This document shows, piece after piece, positions 11,073 to 20,555 of a stretch of DNA of 58,235 nucleotides. The stretch is from Actinomycetota bacterium. GTDB taxonomy: Bacteria; Actinomycetota; Actinomycetes; Nanopelagicales; Nanopelagicaceae. The stretch spans positions 1 through 58,235 of the forward strand of contig JAPLBA010000065.1 of the NCBI GenBank assembly GCA_026393015.1, in the 5' to 3' direction. The notes beneath the pieces were generated by a model. The model was not told where the DNA came from, ran no database searches, and saw only the letters and a program-made list of their open reading frames with translations. The translations under genes and the position numbers were made by a program. The first letter of the stretch is position 1. Each line of letters begins with the position of its first letter.

Positions 11073-11082
11073 GCTCACCTAC

Positions 11083-11700
11083 GTGACTGCCGCCCGAATT
11101 CACCCATCCGCTGACGTGGATTCTGATATCACCCTTGGCGAGGGGGTGGCGATCTGGCATCTAGCCCAGGTGCGCTCCGGAGCCATCCTGGGCGATAACT
11201 GCATTGTGGGGCGCGGGGCCTATGTGGGCCCGGGCGTCGAGATTGGCGCAAATTCCAAGATTCAAAACTATGCCTTGGTTTATGAACCGGCGCGCATAGG
11301 TGCTGGTGTCTTTATAGGACCAGCCGTGGTGCTTACCAATGATCACTTTCCGCGTGCGGTAAACCCTGACGGGACGTTGAAGAGTGGCCATGAGTGGGAA
11401 TTGGTCGGCGTGACCATCGAAGAGGGTGCTTCCATCGGAGCGCGCGCCGTCTGCGTTGCTCCTCTCACGATCGGCAAATGGGCGATGGTTGCGGCTGGCG
11501 CGACGGTAACTCGTGATGTTCCTGATTACGCACTCGTGGCAGGTGCGCCGGCGAAGAGAATTAAGTGGGTAGGGCGTGCAGGGGTTCCACTTGAATCTGC
11601 TGGTTCCCATCACTGGGTCTGCCCGCAGTCGGGCGAGAAGTATGAAGTACAGGGCGAACGATTGGTTCACTCTCAAGATCTGAAGCACGAGGAGAAGTAA
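11083..11700 (+). CDS. left-handed beta-helix (hexapeptide) sugar N-acetyltransferase, WbpD-like
   Basis: Hexapeptide repeats (IGANSKIQNYALVYEPARIGAGVFIGPAVVLTND). The likely start is GTG 11083, just after the GT4 stop; the track ORF opening at 10882 overlaps GT4. Confidence 0.75.
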   Translation: MTAARIHPSADVDSDITLGEGVAIWHLAQVRSGAILGDNCIVGRGAYVGPGVEIGANSKIQNYALVYEPARIGAGVFIGPAVVLTNDHFPRAVNPDGTLKSGHEWELVGVTIEEGASIGARAVCVAPLTIGKWAMVAAGATVTRDVPDYALVAGAPAKRIKWVGRAGVPLESAGSHHWVCPQSGEKYEVQGERLVHSQDLKHEEK

Positions 11701-12782
11701 TGATTCCAGCAGCGAAACCAATCATTGGCGATGACGAGCGCGCAGCCGTAGATCGCGTACTCCGCTCAGGCATGCTGGCACAAGGCCCAGAGGTTGCCGC
11801 CTTTGAAGCTGAGTTCTCTGCCCACGTGGGTGGACGTCACTGTGTGGCGATGAATTCCGGAACCTCCGCACTTCACCTCGGATTTATCGCTGCCGGGATC
11901 GAGCGTGGCGATGAAGTCATCGTTCCTTCGTTCTCCTTTGCTGCCACTGCCAACTCAGTTGTGTTGGCCGGGGGAGTGCCGGTATTTGCAGATATCGATC
12001 CCCAGACTTTCAACATTGATCCAGATCATGCGGAATCGCTCATCAATAAGAAGACCAAGGCGATCATGCCTGTGCACCTTTACGGTCATATCGCCGCGAT
12101 GGATCGCTTCGCAGAAATTTCTTCAAAGCACGGTGTTCAGATTATTGAAGATGCTGCACAAGGGCACCTGGCTTCGCTCAATGGGCGCAATGCTGGTGAA
12201 TTCGGCACAGTGGCATCCTTTTCGTTCTACCCCACTAAGAATATGACTGCTGGTGAAGGTGGCATGGTGGTGACCGAAGATGCAGAAATCGCGCGTACTC
12301 TCCGTTTGTTGCGAAATCAAGGGCAAGAGATTCGTTACCAGAATGAAATCATTGGCTTTAACACGCGCATGACAGACATTCATGCGGCTATCGGACGTGT
12401 ACAACTAGGCAAACTTCCCGGTTGGACAAAGACTCGGCAAGAAAATGCTGTGCACCTAGATGCCAATCTCAAAGGCGTCGTCACACCTTTCCTCGCACCT
12501 GGTACTACGCACTCATATCACCAGTACACGATTCGTATTCCTGGGGGCTCAGCCGAAAAGCGCGATGCGTTCATGGCTGGAATCACGGAACGCGGCGTGG
12601 GTTGTGGCGTTTACTACCCCACACCGATTCATCGTTTACCATCTTTTAAGATGGATCTCACGCTTCCGCAGACCGACCTTGTCGTTAAAGAATGCGTTTC
12701 ACTTCCAGTTCATCCATCACTTTCTAAGGCAGACCTCGACACGATTGTTTCAGTCGTGAACGAAGTTGCTGCGAGCCTGTAA
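11700..12782 (+). CDS. DegT/DnrJ/EryC1/StrS family sugar aminotransferase, WbpE-like
   Basis: 360 aa with an N-terminus (IPAAKPIIGDDERAAVDRVLRSGMLAQGPEV) and an SFYPTKNMT Lys motif typical of the family. The ATG shares 1 nt with the upstream stop. Confidence 0.85.
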   Translation: MIPAAKPIIGDDERAAVDRVLRSGMLAQGPEVAAFEAEFSAHVGGRHCVAMNSGTSALHLGFIAAGIERGDEVIVPSFSFAATANSVVLAGGVPVFADIDPQTFNIDPDHAESLINKKTKAIMPVHLYGHIAAMDRFAEISSKHGVQIIEDAAQGHLASLNGRNAGEFGTVASFSFYPTKNMTAGEGGMVVTEDAEIARTLRLLRNQGQEIRYQNEIIGFNTRMTDIHAAIGRVQLGKLPGWTKTRQENAVHLDANLKGVVTPFLAPGTTHSYHQYTIRIPGGSAEKRDAFMAGITERGVGCGVYYPTPIHRLPSFKMDLTLPQTDLVVKECVSLPVHPSLSKADLDTIVSVVNEVAASL

Positions 12783-12791
12783 GGAATTCGC

Positions 12792-13787
12792 ATGTGCCAA
12801 CCTAAATTGCGCGCCGGCCTTGTCGGGCTTGGAATGATGGGTCGTCATCATGCCCGCGTTCTTAGTTCACTCGACGGAGTCGAACTCGTTGCGGTCGTAG
12901 ACCCAGGTGGAGATGTGCACGGAGTGGCGCAAGGACGCGATGTGCTTAACACGGTCAGTGAACTCATCGAACGTGGTGTGGATTATGCGATGGTGGCGGC
13001 TCCTACGGCATTTCATGACGAGATCGGTCTCGAACTAGCTGCAGCCGGCATTCACGCCATGATCGAAAAGCCGCTCGCAGTGGACACGCCTTCGGCTAAG
13101 AAACTAGTAGAGGCTTTTAAGAACCTGGTGGGCGCGGTGGGTCACATTGAGCGTTACAACCCGGCGCTTCAGCAATTACGCACCCGACTTGAGGCTGGTG
13201 AGTTAGGCGATGTGTATCAAATCACCACGCGCCGACAAGGTCCTTTTCCAGCGCGCATTGCCGACGTGGGTGTGGTGAAAGATTTAGCAACGCACGATAT
13301 TGATCTCACTGCTTGGGTAGCGCGTTCGCCATTTATCTCTGTCTCGGCTCGTGTCGGTTATAAATCTGGCCGTGAGCATGAAGACTTGGTGGCGGCTGTG
13401 GGGCAACTTGCTGATGGCACGATCACAAATCATTTAGTGAATTGGCTTTCACCTTTTAAAGAACGTCTCACCGTGGTGACAGGAGAGCGTGGCGCCTTTG
13501 TGGCCGACACTCTCACTACCGATCTCACCTTCCATGCCAACGCTTCGGTGGCAACTGAGTGGGAAGCGGTCGCTGCCTTTCGTGGGGTAAGCGAAGGAGA
13601 CCTCATTCGTTATGCGTTCGCTAAACCCGAGCCCCTCCGAGTCGAACATGAAGCGTTCCGGGATGCGGTTCTCGGAATTTCGGGTGCCATTGAACGCATC
13701 GTCACCATGGAGCAGGGTTTAGCCACCGTTGCCGTTGCAGAAGCCATGATTGAAAGCGCCCGCGACGGACGAGTAATTCTCCTGTAG
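12792..13787 (+). CDS. Gfo/Idh/MocA family sugar oxidoreductase, WbpB-like
   Basis: N-terminal Rossmann motif LRAGLVGLGMMGRHHARVL and an EKP motif (MIEKPLA). Confidence 0.8.
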   Translation: MCQPKLRAGLVGLGMMGRHHARVLSSLDGVELVAVVDPGGDVHGVAQGRDVLNTVSELIERGVDYAMVAAPTAFHDEIGLELAAAGIHAMIEKPLAVDTPSAKKLVEAFKNLVGAVGHIERYNPALQQLRTRLEAGELGDVYQITTRRQGPFPARIADVGVVKDLATHDIDLTAWVARSPFISVSARVGYKSGREHEDLVAAVGQLADGTITNHLVNWLSPFKERLTVVTGERGAFVADTLTTDLTFHANASVATEWEAVAAFRGVSEGDLIRYAFAKPEPLRVEHEAFRDAVLGISGAIERIVTMEQGLATVAVAEAMIESARDGRVILL

Positions 13788-13821
13788 GAAGAAGCACGAT
13801 GAACAGAAGAGAGAAACTGAG

Positions 13822-15114
13822 ATGAAGATCGCTGTTGTTGCCCTCGGCAAGATTGGATTGCCTCTGGCTGTGCAATTTGCAGACAAGGGTCACGAAGTAA
13901 TTGGGTGCGATGTCAATACTCATGCAGTAGATCTCATCAATAAAGGAATCGAACCTTTCCCTGGCGAGGCCCATCTTGCCGAGAAGCTAGCAACCTTGGT
14001 GCCGTCAGGGAAATTGCGTGCAACTACTGACACCACTTCTGCAGTTGCTGAATGTGAAGCAGTCGTAGTGGTTGTTCCACTCTTTGTCGATAACGATGGC
14101 ATACCAGATTTCGGGTGGATGGATGCCGCGACCGAAGCGATCGCTAAAGGATTAAAGCCGGGCACTCTCGTCTCTTACGAAACTACATTGCCAGTCGGAA
14201 CTACGCGGACCCGCTTTGGTCCCATGATCGAGAAAATCTCTGGTTTGGTTCCCGGAAAAGATTTTCCCCTCGTATTCTCACCTGAACGAGTCCTTACTGG
14301 CCGCGTTTTTGCTGATCTACGTCGCTATCCAAAATTAGTCGGTGGTATCGATGTAGAAAGCGGAACGCGCGGCGTCGAATTTTATGAAGCAGTACTTGAT
14401 TTCGATATTCGCCAGGATCTACCACGTTCAAATGGTGTCTGGGATCTCGGGTCCGCTGAAGCCAGTGAGATGGCTAAACTTGCTGAGACTACATATCGCG
14501 ATGTAAATATCGGATTAGCGAATCAATTTGCCCGCTTTGCAGAAACGGCTGGTATCGATATTTATCAAGTGATCGAGGCATCTAACTCACAGCCTTTTAG
14601 TCATATTCACCAGCCGGGAATTGCAGTGGGTGGCCACTGCATTCCGATTTACCCACGCTTCTACCTTTGGAATGATCCGGCGGCCACTGTGGTGCGCGCT
14701 GCACGGGAGGCAAACGTTGGAATGCCGGTGCATGCTGTTTCGCTACTTTCCACTGATCTTGGTGATCTTAAGGGCAAGAAGGTTGCCGTACTTGGTATCT
14801 CGTATCGCGGGGGAGTCAAAGAGAGTGCCTTCTCTGGAGTTTTCCCCACAGTCGCTGAATTGACCCGCCTTGGTGCCATCGTGACTGTTCATGACCCGAT
14901 GTACACCGATGAAGAAATTATGAAACTCAAATTCAAGCCGCACCAATTAGGTAGTGAAGTTGATGGAGTTGTTACTCAGGCTGATCATGCTGAGTATCGA
15001 TCGCTATCAGCAAGAGATTTTCCTGGAGTGAGCGCAATCGTTGATGGGCGACGGATTTTTGATCAGTCGGCATTCCCCGGAGTTGCGTATCGCGTGATTG
15101 GTAAAGCTCAATAA
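13822..15114 (+). CDS. UDP-N-acetyl-hexosamine 6-dehydrogenase (WbpA/WecC-like nucleotide-sugar dehydrogenase)
   Basis: 430 aa with the N-terminal motif KIAVVALGKIGLPLAVQFA and the catalytic Cys motif GGHCIPIYP. Confidence 0.8.
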   Translation: MKIAVVALGKIGLPLAVQFADKGHEVIGCDVNTHAVDLINKGIEPFPGEAHLAEKLATLVPSGKLRATTDTTSAVAECEAVVVVVPLFVDNDGIPDFGWMDAATEAIAKGLKPGTLVSYETTLPVGTTRTRFGPMIEKISGLVPGKDFPLVFSPERVLTGRVFADLRRYPKLVGGIDVESGTRGVEFYEAVLDFDIRQDLPRSNGVWDLGSAEASEMAKLAETTYRDVNIGLANQFARFAETAGIDIYQVIEASNSQPFSHIHQPGIAVGGHCIPIYPRFYLWNDPAATVVRAAREANVGMPVHAVSLLSTDLGDLKGKKVAVLGISYRGGVKESAFSGVFPTVAELTRLGAIVTVHDPMYTDEEIMKLKFKPHQLGSEVDGVVTQADHAEYRSLSARDFPGVSAIVDGRRIFDQSAFPGVAYRVIGKAQ

Positions 15115-15116
15115 GT

Positions 15117-17204
15117 ATGTGCTCCTGGCGACGGGTGGTTTCCTCTGCTGCCCTCAGCGTTGCTCTGATGATGAGTGCACTCGCTCCCCTTGCTCTTGCT
15201 GATTCGGTGCCAAAAAATTTCTCCTTTACTGGCTCTGGTTTTGGCCATGGCGTTGGTATGAGCCAAGTGGGTGCCCGGGGAATGGCTCTTGAAGGAAAGA
15301 GTGCGGCGGAAATCATTCAACATTTCTACACAGGCGTAGACATTGCCCCCTTCCCCGATGCGTCTTCGCTTCGAGTGAATATCGGCCATTCGCTCACGAA
15401 GTTTTCTTTTCGAGTTGAAACGATTGTGGGTGAGACTGGCACTGCCTTTTCGCAATTGTGGGGGAGCGATCTCTCTGCTATTCCATCTATTGTTGAAACC
15501 CCTACTGCCCAAGTTGCTGCTGGCACACAAATCACGGCAACTCCTACGGAGAGCGGTACGGTGCTCACCTATGTGTTACCTGGCATTGCTGCCACCCCGC
15601 TTGCCCCTGCTTTAACATTTACTTTACGCTGGAGCGGCACACGATTCCTTGATGGTCCGGCAGGGTTGGTGAATACCAACAGCAATAAGTATCGCTACGG
15701 TCAGATTCACCTTACGACTATCAAGACAAAGGATGGCCCCCGTCTTGAAGTGACCAACGATGTTCGCTTACATGATGAGTATCTCAAGGGAATTGGCGAG
15801 ATGTCCTCTTCCTGGCCAGCGGCTGCTTTACAAGCGCAAGTAATCGCCATTCGCTCTTATGCGCTTAGCAAAAAAGGTGTGTTCCGCAGCGAATGCGATT
15901 GCGATATTTATGGCTCCACAAAGGATCTCGCTTTCGTTGGATATAGCAAAGAGATCGAAGCTGGGTGGGGGAGCAAGTGGGTAGATGCAGTCACCGCCAC
16001 CTCGACTGATGCCTTCTCTGGATTAACCGTGACGCTCAAGGGACGACCGGTAGCAACTTTCTTCTTTACTTCCTCGGGAGGACATACACAAGATGTCATT
16101 GACGTCTGGGGAAGCAACCTCACCTGGTTGCAGGCAGTACCTGATCCTTGGAGCCTGGATCTTTCGTTGAATCCGGGGTATGCCACGTGGACCAAGGTGA
16201 AGAGCCAAGTCGAAATGGCGAAAGCCTTTTTGCTTTCAGATGTGGCTTCGTACTCTTTTGATTCCAGGACGCGTGGCGGTGGAGTGAAGAGCGTGACTGC
16301 TACTTCGAGTATTGGGAAGCGGGCCACCCTCGCAGGTGAGATATTTCGATCACGCTTAGATTTACCCTCGACTTTTATAAGGCGTCCAGTGGTGTCGCTT
16401 AGTGCAGCGGATGACACATTACTTTCAATTATTGCAGGAAAGATAAGTTTTCCAACAGCAAAGAGCGCAGTATTGACCACTATTGACACCGAAACAGTTG
16501 AGGCAATGACCGCAGCGCCGTTTGCTTACCAGGTCAAAGCACCCATCTTTATCTCCTCTGGTTCTGAGTTAGATACCAGGATTACCACGGAATTAATTCG
16601 TCGCAAAATTAGTAAGGTATATGTGGTGGGTAGTGATTCACAATTCAGTATCAAGTATTTTCAAGACCTAAAGAAGCGCAAGATTACAGTCGTCCGTTTA
16701 GGCGGCGTGAATCGCTATGCGGTGGCCGAGTCGGTAGCCACAGTGATGAATGGCGCTCCGATAGTGGTGAGCAATCAAGATGCTTCAATTCTGATGCCGC
16801 TGGCGGGTGCGCTAGCCAGCGCGGGTAGGCCGCTGCTATGGACGGCCCCAGGAGTGTTGCCGCGGCAAACGGCTCGTGCACTCGCACGCTCCAAGGAGAC
16901 GCCCTCACTCATCGGGATTGCCGACCACTACGACGATGCTCTTTTAGCGCAGTTCACCCGTGAATTTGAAGATCTCCGTGCTCTTGATGAAGATGGTTTA
17001 GCTGCCACCGTAGAAGAACTTGCTAAATCTAACGGAAGGGTCGCGGCGATGACCGATGCAAACGCGGGAGCATTCGGTCTCTTCGCGCCTCAGATATCCC
17101 TCGGAGTACTTCGCGATTATCTTGATGCCCACCCGGCGACGGTGATTATTTATGGTATTCGCCTTAGCTCTGCGGATGTGACGCAAGTGCACGCACTTTC
17201 GTAG
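15117..17204 (+). CDS. secreted SpoIID/LytB-domain protein with C-terminal cell-wall-binding (CWB2-like) repeats
   Basis: Signal peptide (ALSVALMMSALAPLALA) and SpoIID signatures (GHGVGMSQVGARGMA, FFFTSSGGHTQD). The C-terminal ~250 aa shows CWB2-like segments (RLGGVNRYAVAESVA; APIFISSGSELD...VYVVGSDSQFS). Confidence 0.7.
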   Translation: MCSWRRVVSSAALSVALMMSALAPLALADSVPKNFSFTGSGFGHGVGMSQVGARGMALEGKSAAEIIQHFYTGVDIAPFPDASSLRVNIGHSLTKFSFRVETIVGETGTAFSQLWGSDLSAIPSIVETPTAQVAAGTQITATPTESGTVLTYVLPGIAATPLAPALTFTLRWSGTRFLDGPAGLVNTNSNKYRYGQIHLTTIKTKDGPRLEVTNDVRLHDEYLKGIGEMSSSWPAAALQAQVIAIRSYALSKKGVFRSECDCDIYGSTKDLAFVGYSKEIEAGWGSKWVDAVTATSTDAFSGLTVTLKGRPVATFFFTSSGGHTQDVIDVWGSNLTWLQAVPDPWSLDLSLNPGYATWTKVKSQVEMAKAFLLSDVASYSFDSRTRGGGVKSVTATSSIGKRATLAGEIFRSRLDLPSTFIRRPVVSLSAADDTLLSIIAGKISFPTAKSAVLTTIDTETVEAMTAAPFAYQVKAPIFISSGSELDTRITTELIRRKISKVYVVGSDSQFSIKYFQDLKKRKITVVRLGGVNRYAVAESVATVMNGAPIVVSNQDASILMPLAGALASAGRPLLWTAPGVLPRQTARALARSKETPSLIGIADHYDDALLAQFTREFEDLRALDEDGLAATVEELAKSNGRVAAMTDANAGAFGLFAPQISLGVLRDYLDAHPATVIIYGIRLSSADVTQVHALS

Positions 17205-17206
17205 TG

Positions 17207-18007
17207 CTATTGAAGCGTGACAGTAAGAGTGGCAACTTTCGCGGCATTTCTATTGCTGATGCCGTATCTATCCCACTCCGTCTGATTCCATCTGAGTTGG
17301 GTGACTCCTAACTCAGATGCGTGCGTCATAAACCAGAGCGCCACCCGGGTGCGCTGCCATGAGGTGATGGTAATGAAACGGCCAGAATGCTTTGCAGAGA
17401 TTTTGCCCCATTCTTTGCTCGCGCGCCCAATGACGTCGGCGGCGGGAGTGTGAATCTGGGTTCCGAATTTATGGAAACGACACGTGATGAGTGATGGATC
17501 GTTAAGGGCTTGGGTGAGTGCGAGTGCTCGCCCTTCCCATTTTTCGTAGGCACTTCCAGCAGCTGATCGCTGAACTTCTTGTGCAGCCTGCGAAAGGGAA
17601 AGTTTCTCCCAGCCAGGGATAGTTATTAGCGCACTGTAAAATCGACTAGTGGCTCTGGTCGGATCCAAAATGGATTCACGATCGCCCCATCCTTGGGAGG
17701 GGCGCTGCTGGAAGATTCCTAGTGAATCTCGATCGCCATAATTGAGGTTGCGTAATTTTGATTCTTGTTGTGCAGCGGTGAAAGCAACCGAGATAGCGCG
17801 TTCAGGGATACCGCGTCTATAGGCAACAGCTGCAATCGTGGCCGCATTCGCGCTCTGCTCAACATCAAGGGTGAACTCCTCGGCTTCGGTGGTGATGGTG
17901 CAGCCAGGGAGTACGAGCGCATCGTGTACGCGGGCATACCCCCACTTCCCAAGCAGGATAAGGAGCACCCCGGAAAGTACCAGGGCAATGAGTTTGCGCA
18001 CTTTCAA
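17207..18007 (-). CDS. conserved membrane-anchored hypothetical protein
   Basis: 266 aa with an N-terminal TM helix and an LGIFQQRPSQGWG motif that I recognise from actinobacterial hypotheticals. It is coupled to the dapD stop (TTGA overlap). Function unknown. Confidence 0.5.
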   Translation of the reverse strand: MKVRKLIALVLSGVLLILLGKWGYARVHDALVLPGCTITTEAEEFTLDVEQSANAATIAAVAYRRGIPERAISVAFTAAQQESKLRNLNYGDRDSLGIFQQRPSQGWGDRESILDPTRATSRFYSALITIPGWEKLSLSQAAQEVQRSAAGSAYEKWEGRALALTQALNDPSLITCRFHKFGTQIHTPAADVIGRASKEWGKISAKHSGRFITITSWQRTRVALWFMTHASELGVTQLRWNQTEWDRYGISNRNAAKVATLTVTLQ

Positions 18008-18966
18008 TCGTTGCTGTGCAGCACAGAGTTAAGACCGCTCCAATTTCCACTTCGTGGCATGGCCTCAAGCGAGCCATCTGTGGAGTTTCGACGGAAGAGC
18101 ATTCCATGAGCTCCCGAGAGCTCACGAGCTTTCACTATGTTGCCATCCGGCAAACGAATCTTCGAAGCGGCGGTGATGTACGCACCAGCTTCGACAATGC
18201 ATTCATCGCCCAAGGAAATTCCGATTCCGGCGTTGGCACCGATAAGTGAACCCTTGCCGACAGAGATAACTTCTTTCCCGCCGCCGCTCAGAGTTCCCAT
18301 AATTGAAGCGCCACCACCGATATCGCTGCCATCGCCGACCACTACGCCGGCAGAAATTCGGCCTTCCACCATGGATGCGCCGAGAGTGCCGGCATTGAAA
18401 TTCACAAAACCTTCATGCATTACCGTGGTACCGCTGGCCAGGTGTGCGCCGAGGCGAACCCGATCAGCATCTGCAATGCGGACTCCGCTTGGAATCACGT
18501 AATCAACCATGCGTGGGAATTTATCTACGCCATAAACGTGTACAGAACCCCGCGCCTTAAGCGTGATGCGCACTTCGTCGAAATCTTCTACGGCGCAGGG
18601 TCCGGCCGATGTCCACACAACGTTAGGTAGCAATCCGAAGAGTCCTTCGAGATTAATGGAGTGCGGCGTGACGAGGCGATGAGAGAGGAGGTGTAATCGT
18701 AAATAGACATCGGCAACATCACTCGGTGGCGCCTGTAGTTCGATATCACAGGTGACGATCTCGGTGCTGACGCGCCGGCCCTCATCGCGAGTGACCAATG
18801 GGGCTAAGTCGACTGGGAGGAGATCGCCCAGTGATGGTGCTGGGAAGAAGGCGTCGAGGATCTTCCCGCTGACGTGTCGGGTGATCAGGCCGGTGGCTCG
18901 CGCCCGCGAGGGGGTGCTAGATGTGCTGCTCATGTCCGATACCGTACCCGTGTGCTCGATCTTCAT
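18004..18966 (-). CDS. dapD: 2,3,4,5-tetrahydropyridine-2,6-dicarboxylate N-succinyltransferase
   Basis: 320 aa of the actinobacterial long DapD type, with hexapeptide repeats in the C-terminal half. It is divergent from dapE. An alternative ATG lies at 18933. Confidence 0.85.
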   Translation of the reverse strand: MKIEHTGTVSDMSSTSSTPSRARATGLITRHVSGKILDAFFPAPSLGDLLPVDLAPLVTRDEGRRVSTEIVTCDIELQAPPSDVADVYLRLHLLSHRLVTPHSINLEGLFGLLPNVVWTSAGPCAVEDFDEVRITLKARGSVHVYGVDKFPRMVDYVIPSGVRIADADRVRLGAHLASGTTVMHEGFVNFNAGTLGASMVEGRISAGVVVGDGSDIGGGASIMGTLSGGGKEVISVGKGSLIGANAGIGISLGDECIVEAGAYITAASKIRLPDGNIVKARELSGAHGMLFRRNSTDGSLEAMPRSGNWSGLNSVLHSND

Positions 18967-20007
18967 GCTGATTTAGCCGACCTCACGTCGGCGTTAATTG
19001 ATATTCCTAGCGTTTCCGGGGAGGAGGCGGAGCTGGCTGACGCCATCGAAGAGGCTCTGCGCCATCAAGCCCCCCACCTCACCATCATCCGAGATGGCAA
19101 TTCCATCATTGCCCGTACTGAACTCGGTCGCCCATCTCGTGTCGTGCTGGCTGGTCACATCGATACCGTTCCGATCGCAGACAACGTGCCTAGCACTGTA
19201 GATGGGGAGCGGCTTTACGGATGTGGCTCCACCGACATGAAGAGCGGTGTGGCGATCCAACTCCATCTTGCAGTCACACTCACAGATCCACGCGCTGATC
19301 TCACTTTCTTCTTTTATGAGTGTGAAGAAGTAGAGGCGGCCAGAAATGGTCTTGCGCGAATTGCGAAGAAATCACCAGAGCAGCTCACAGCCGACTTCGC
19401 GATTTTATTAGAACCCACCAACGGCCTAGTGGAAGGTGGTTGCCAGGGAACCATGCGAGTAGAAGTCACGGTGCGCGGAGTCCGCGCGCATTCAGCGCGC
19501 GCATGGCTGGGTGAAAATGCTATCCACGAAGCACACGAAATTCTCACTGCACTTGCCGGATATGAAGCTGAGCGCGTGATGGTTGATGGACTTGAATACC
19601 GTGAAGGATTGCAAGCGGTGGCTATCAAGGGTGGGGTTGCCGGCAACGTGATTCCTGACGAACTTATCTTGACAGTGAATTATCGATTTGCCCCGTCGAA
19701 GAGCGAATCCGATGCCGAAAGATTTCTCCGCCGTTTCTTTGATGGGTATGCATTGACCATTGTTGACCGCGCGCCAGGGGCTTTGCCAGGTCTCAATGTT
19801 CCTATAGCGCAGGATTTTATCGCCGCTGTTGGCGAACCTCCAGCGCCTAAATTTGGTTGGACAGATGTTGCTCGCTTTTCCGCACTTGGCATCCCGGCAG
19901 TGAATTTTGGTCCAGGAAACCCGGCACTTGCACATACGGAAGATGAGAACGTAGATATCGCGCTCATCTATGAAGGCGCTTCGACGCTCTTGAAGTGGCT
20001 TTCATGA
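18952..20007 (+). CDS. dapE: succinyl-diaminopimelate desuccinylase
   Basis: M20 peptidase motifs (LAGHIDTVP, GCGSTDMKSG). GTG 18952 (VLDLHADLADLTSALIDIPSVSGEE) is the most plausible start; the track ORF opens at 18874. Confidence 0.85.
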   Translation: MLDLHADLADLTSALIDIPSVSGEEAELADAIEEALRHQAPHLTIIRDGNSIIARTELGRPSRVVLAGHIDTVPIADNVPSTVDGERLYGCGSTDMKSGVAIQLHLAVTLTDPRADLTFFFYECEEVEAARNGLARIAKKSPEQLTADFAILLEPTNGLVEGGCQGTMRVEVTVRGVRAHSARAWLGENAIHEAHEILTALAGYEAERVMVDGLEYREGLQAVAIKGGVAGNVIPDELILTVNYRFAPSKSESDAERFLRRFFDGYALTIVDRAPGALPGLNVPIAQDFIAAVGEPPAPKFGWTDVARFSALGIPAVNFGPGNPALAHTEDENVDIALIYEGASTLLKWLS

Positions 20008-20555
20008 CCGAGTACAACGTCTGTGTCTATTGTTCTTCATCACTCGACATAGATCAGAAATATATTGATTTAGCTAGAGAAGTAGGGCTGGAGATTGCCA
20101 ATCGTGGCTGGGGGTTGGTCTCTGGAGGTGGGAATGTCTCAATGATGGGAGCGGTCGCGCAAGGCGCACGTGCCGGCGGTGGGCATACTCTTGGCATTAT
20201 TCCGAAAGCGCTCATAGAGCGTGAAGTGGGCGATCAAGACTCTGATGAATTGATCATTGTGGATGACATGCGCATTCGCAAAGGGTTAATGGAAACTCAT
20301 TCACAGGCATTCCTCGCGCTACCTGGCGGTATCGGAACGCTTGAAGAACTCTTTGAAATTTGGGTTGGAAGATATCTTTCCTTCCACTCGCAACCCGTCG
20401 TAGTACTTGATCCGTTTGACGATTTTGCATTCTTGCACCAACAAATTGATCATCTAGCAAAAAAAGGTTTTATCAAGTCAGGCCAACGAGAGATCATCAA
20501 ATGGACGAAGTCAGTGGATGAGGCACTTGATGCATGCGAAAGGAAGACCGACTGA
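20004..20555 (+). CDS. LOG family protein (TIGR00730; cytokinin riboside 5'-monophosphate phosphoribohydrolase-like)
   Basis: GGGNVSMMG and PGGIGTLEELFE motifs. ATG 20004 overlaps the dapE stop (ATGA). Confidence 0.85.
   Translation: MTEYNVCVYCSSSLDIDQKYIDLAREVGLEIANRGWGLVSGGGNVSMMGAVAQGARAGGGHTLGIIPKALIEREVGDQDSDELIIVDDMRIRKGLMETHSQAFLALPGGIGTLEELFEIWVGRYLSFHSQPVVVLDPFDDFAFLHQQIDHLAKKGFIKSGQREIIKWTKSVDEALDACERKTD

Noticed and set aside
10882-11082. An upstream extension of the hexapeptide acetyltransferase ORF; similar track-ORF extensions occur at 9127-9222, 9891-10001, 41240-41392 and 2258-2332.
   Set aside because: Each extension lies inside the preceding gene in another frame. Internal starts that abut or overlap the upstream stop (ATGA, TAATG or GTGA junctions) fit the compact operon structure better.
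18933-18966. Divergent dapD and dapE appear to overlap at their 5' ends by about 15 nt.
   Set aside because: This is probably a start-codon assignment artefact. dapD has an alternative ATG at 18933, and the dapE start (GTG 18952) is itself uncertain. It is not evidence of unusual regulation.
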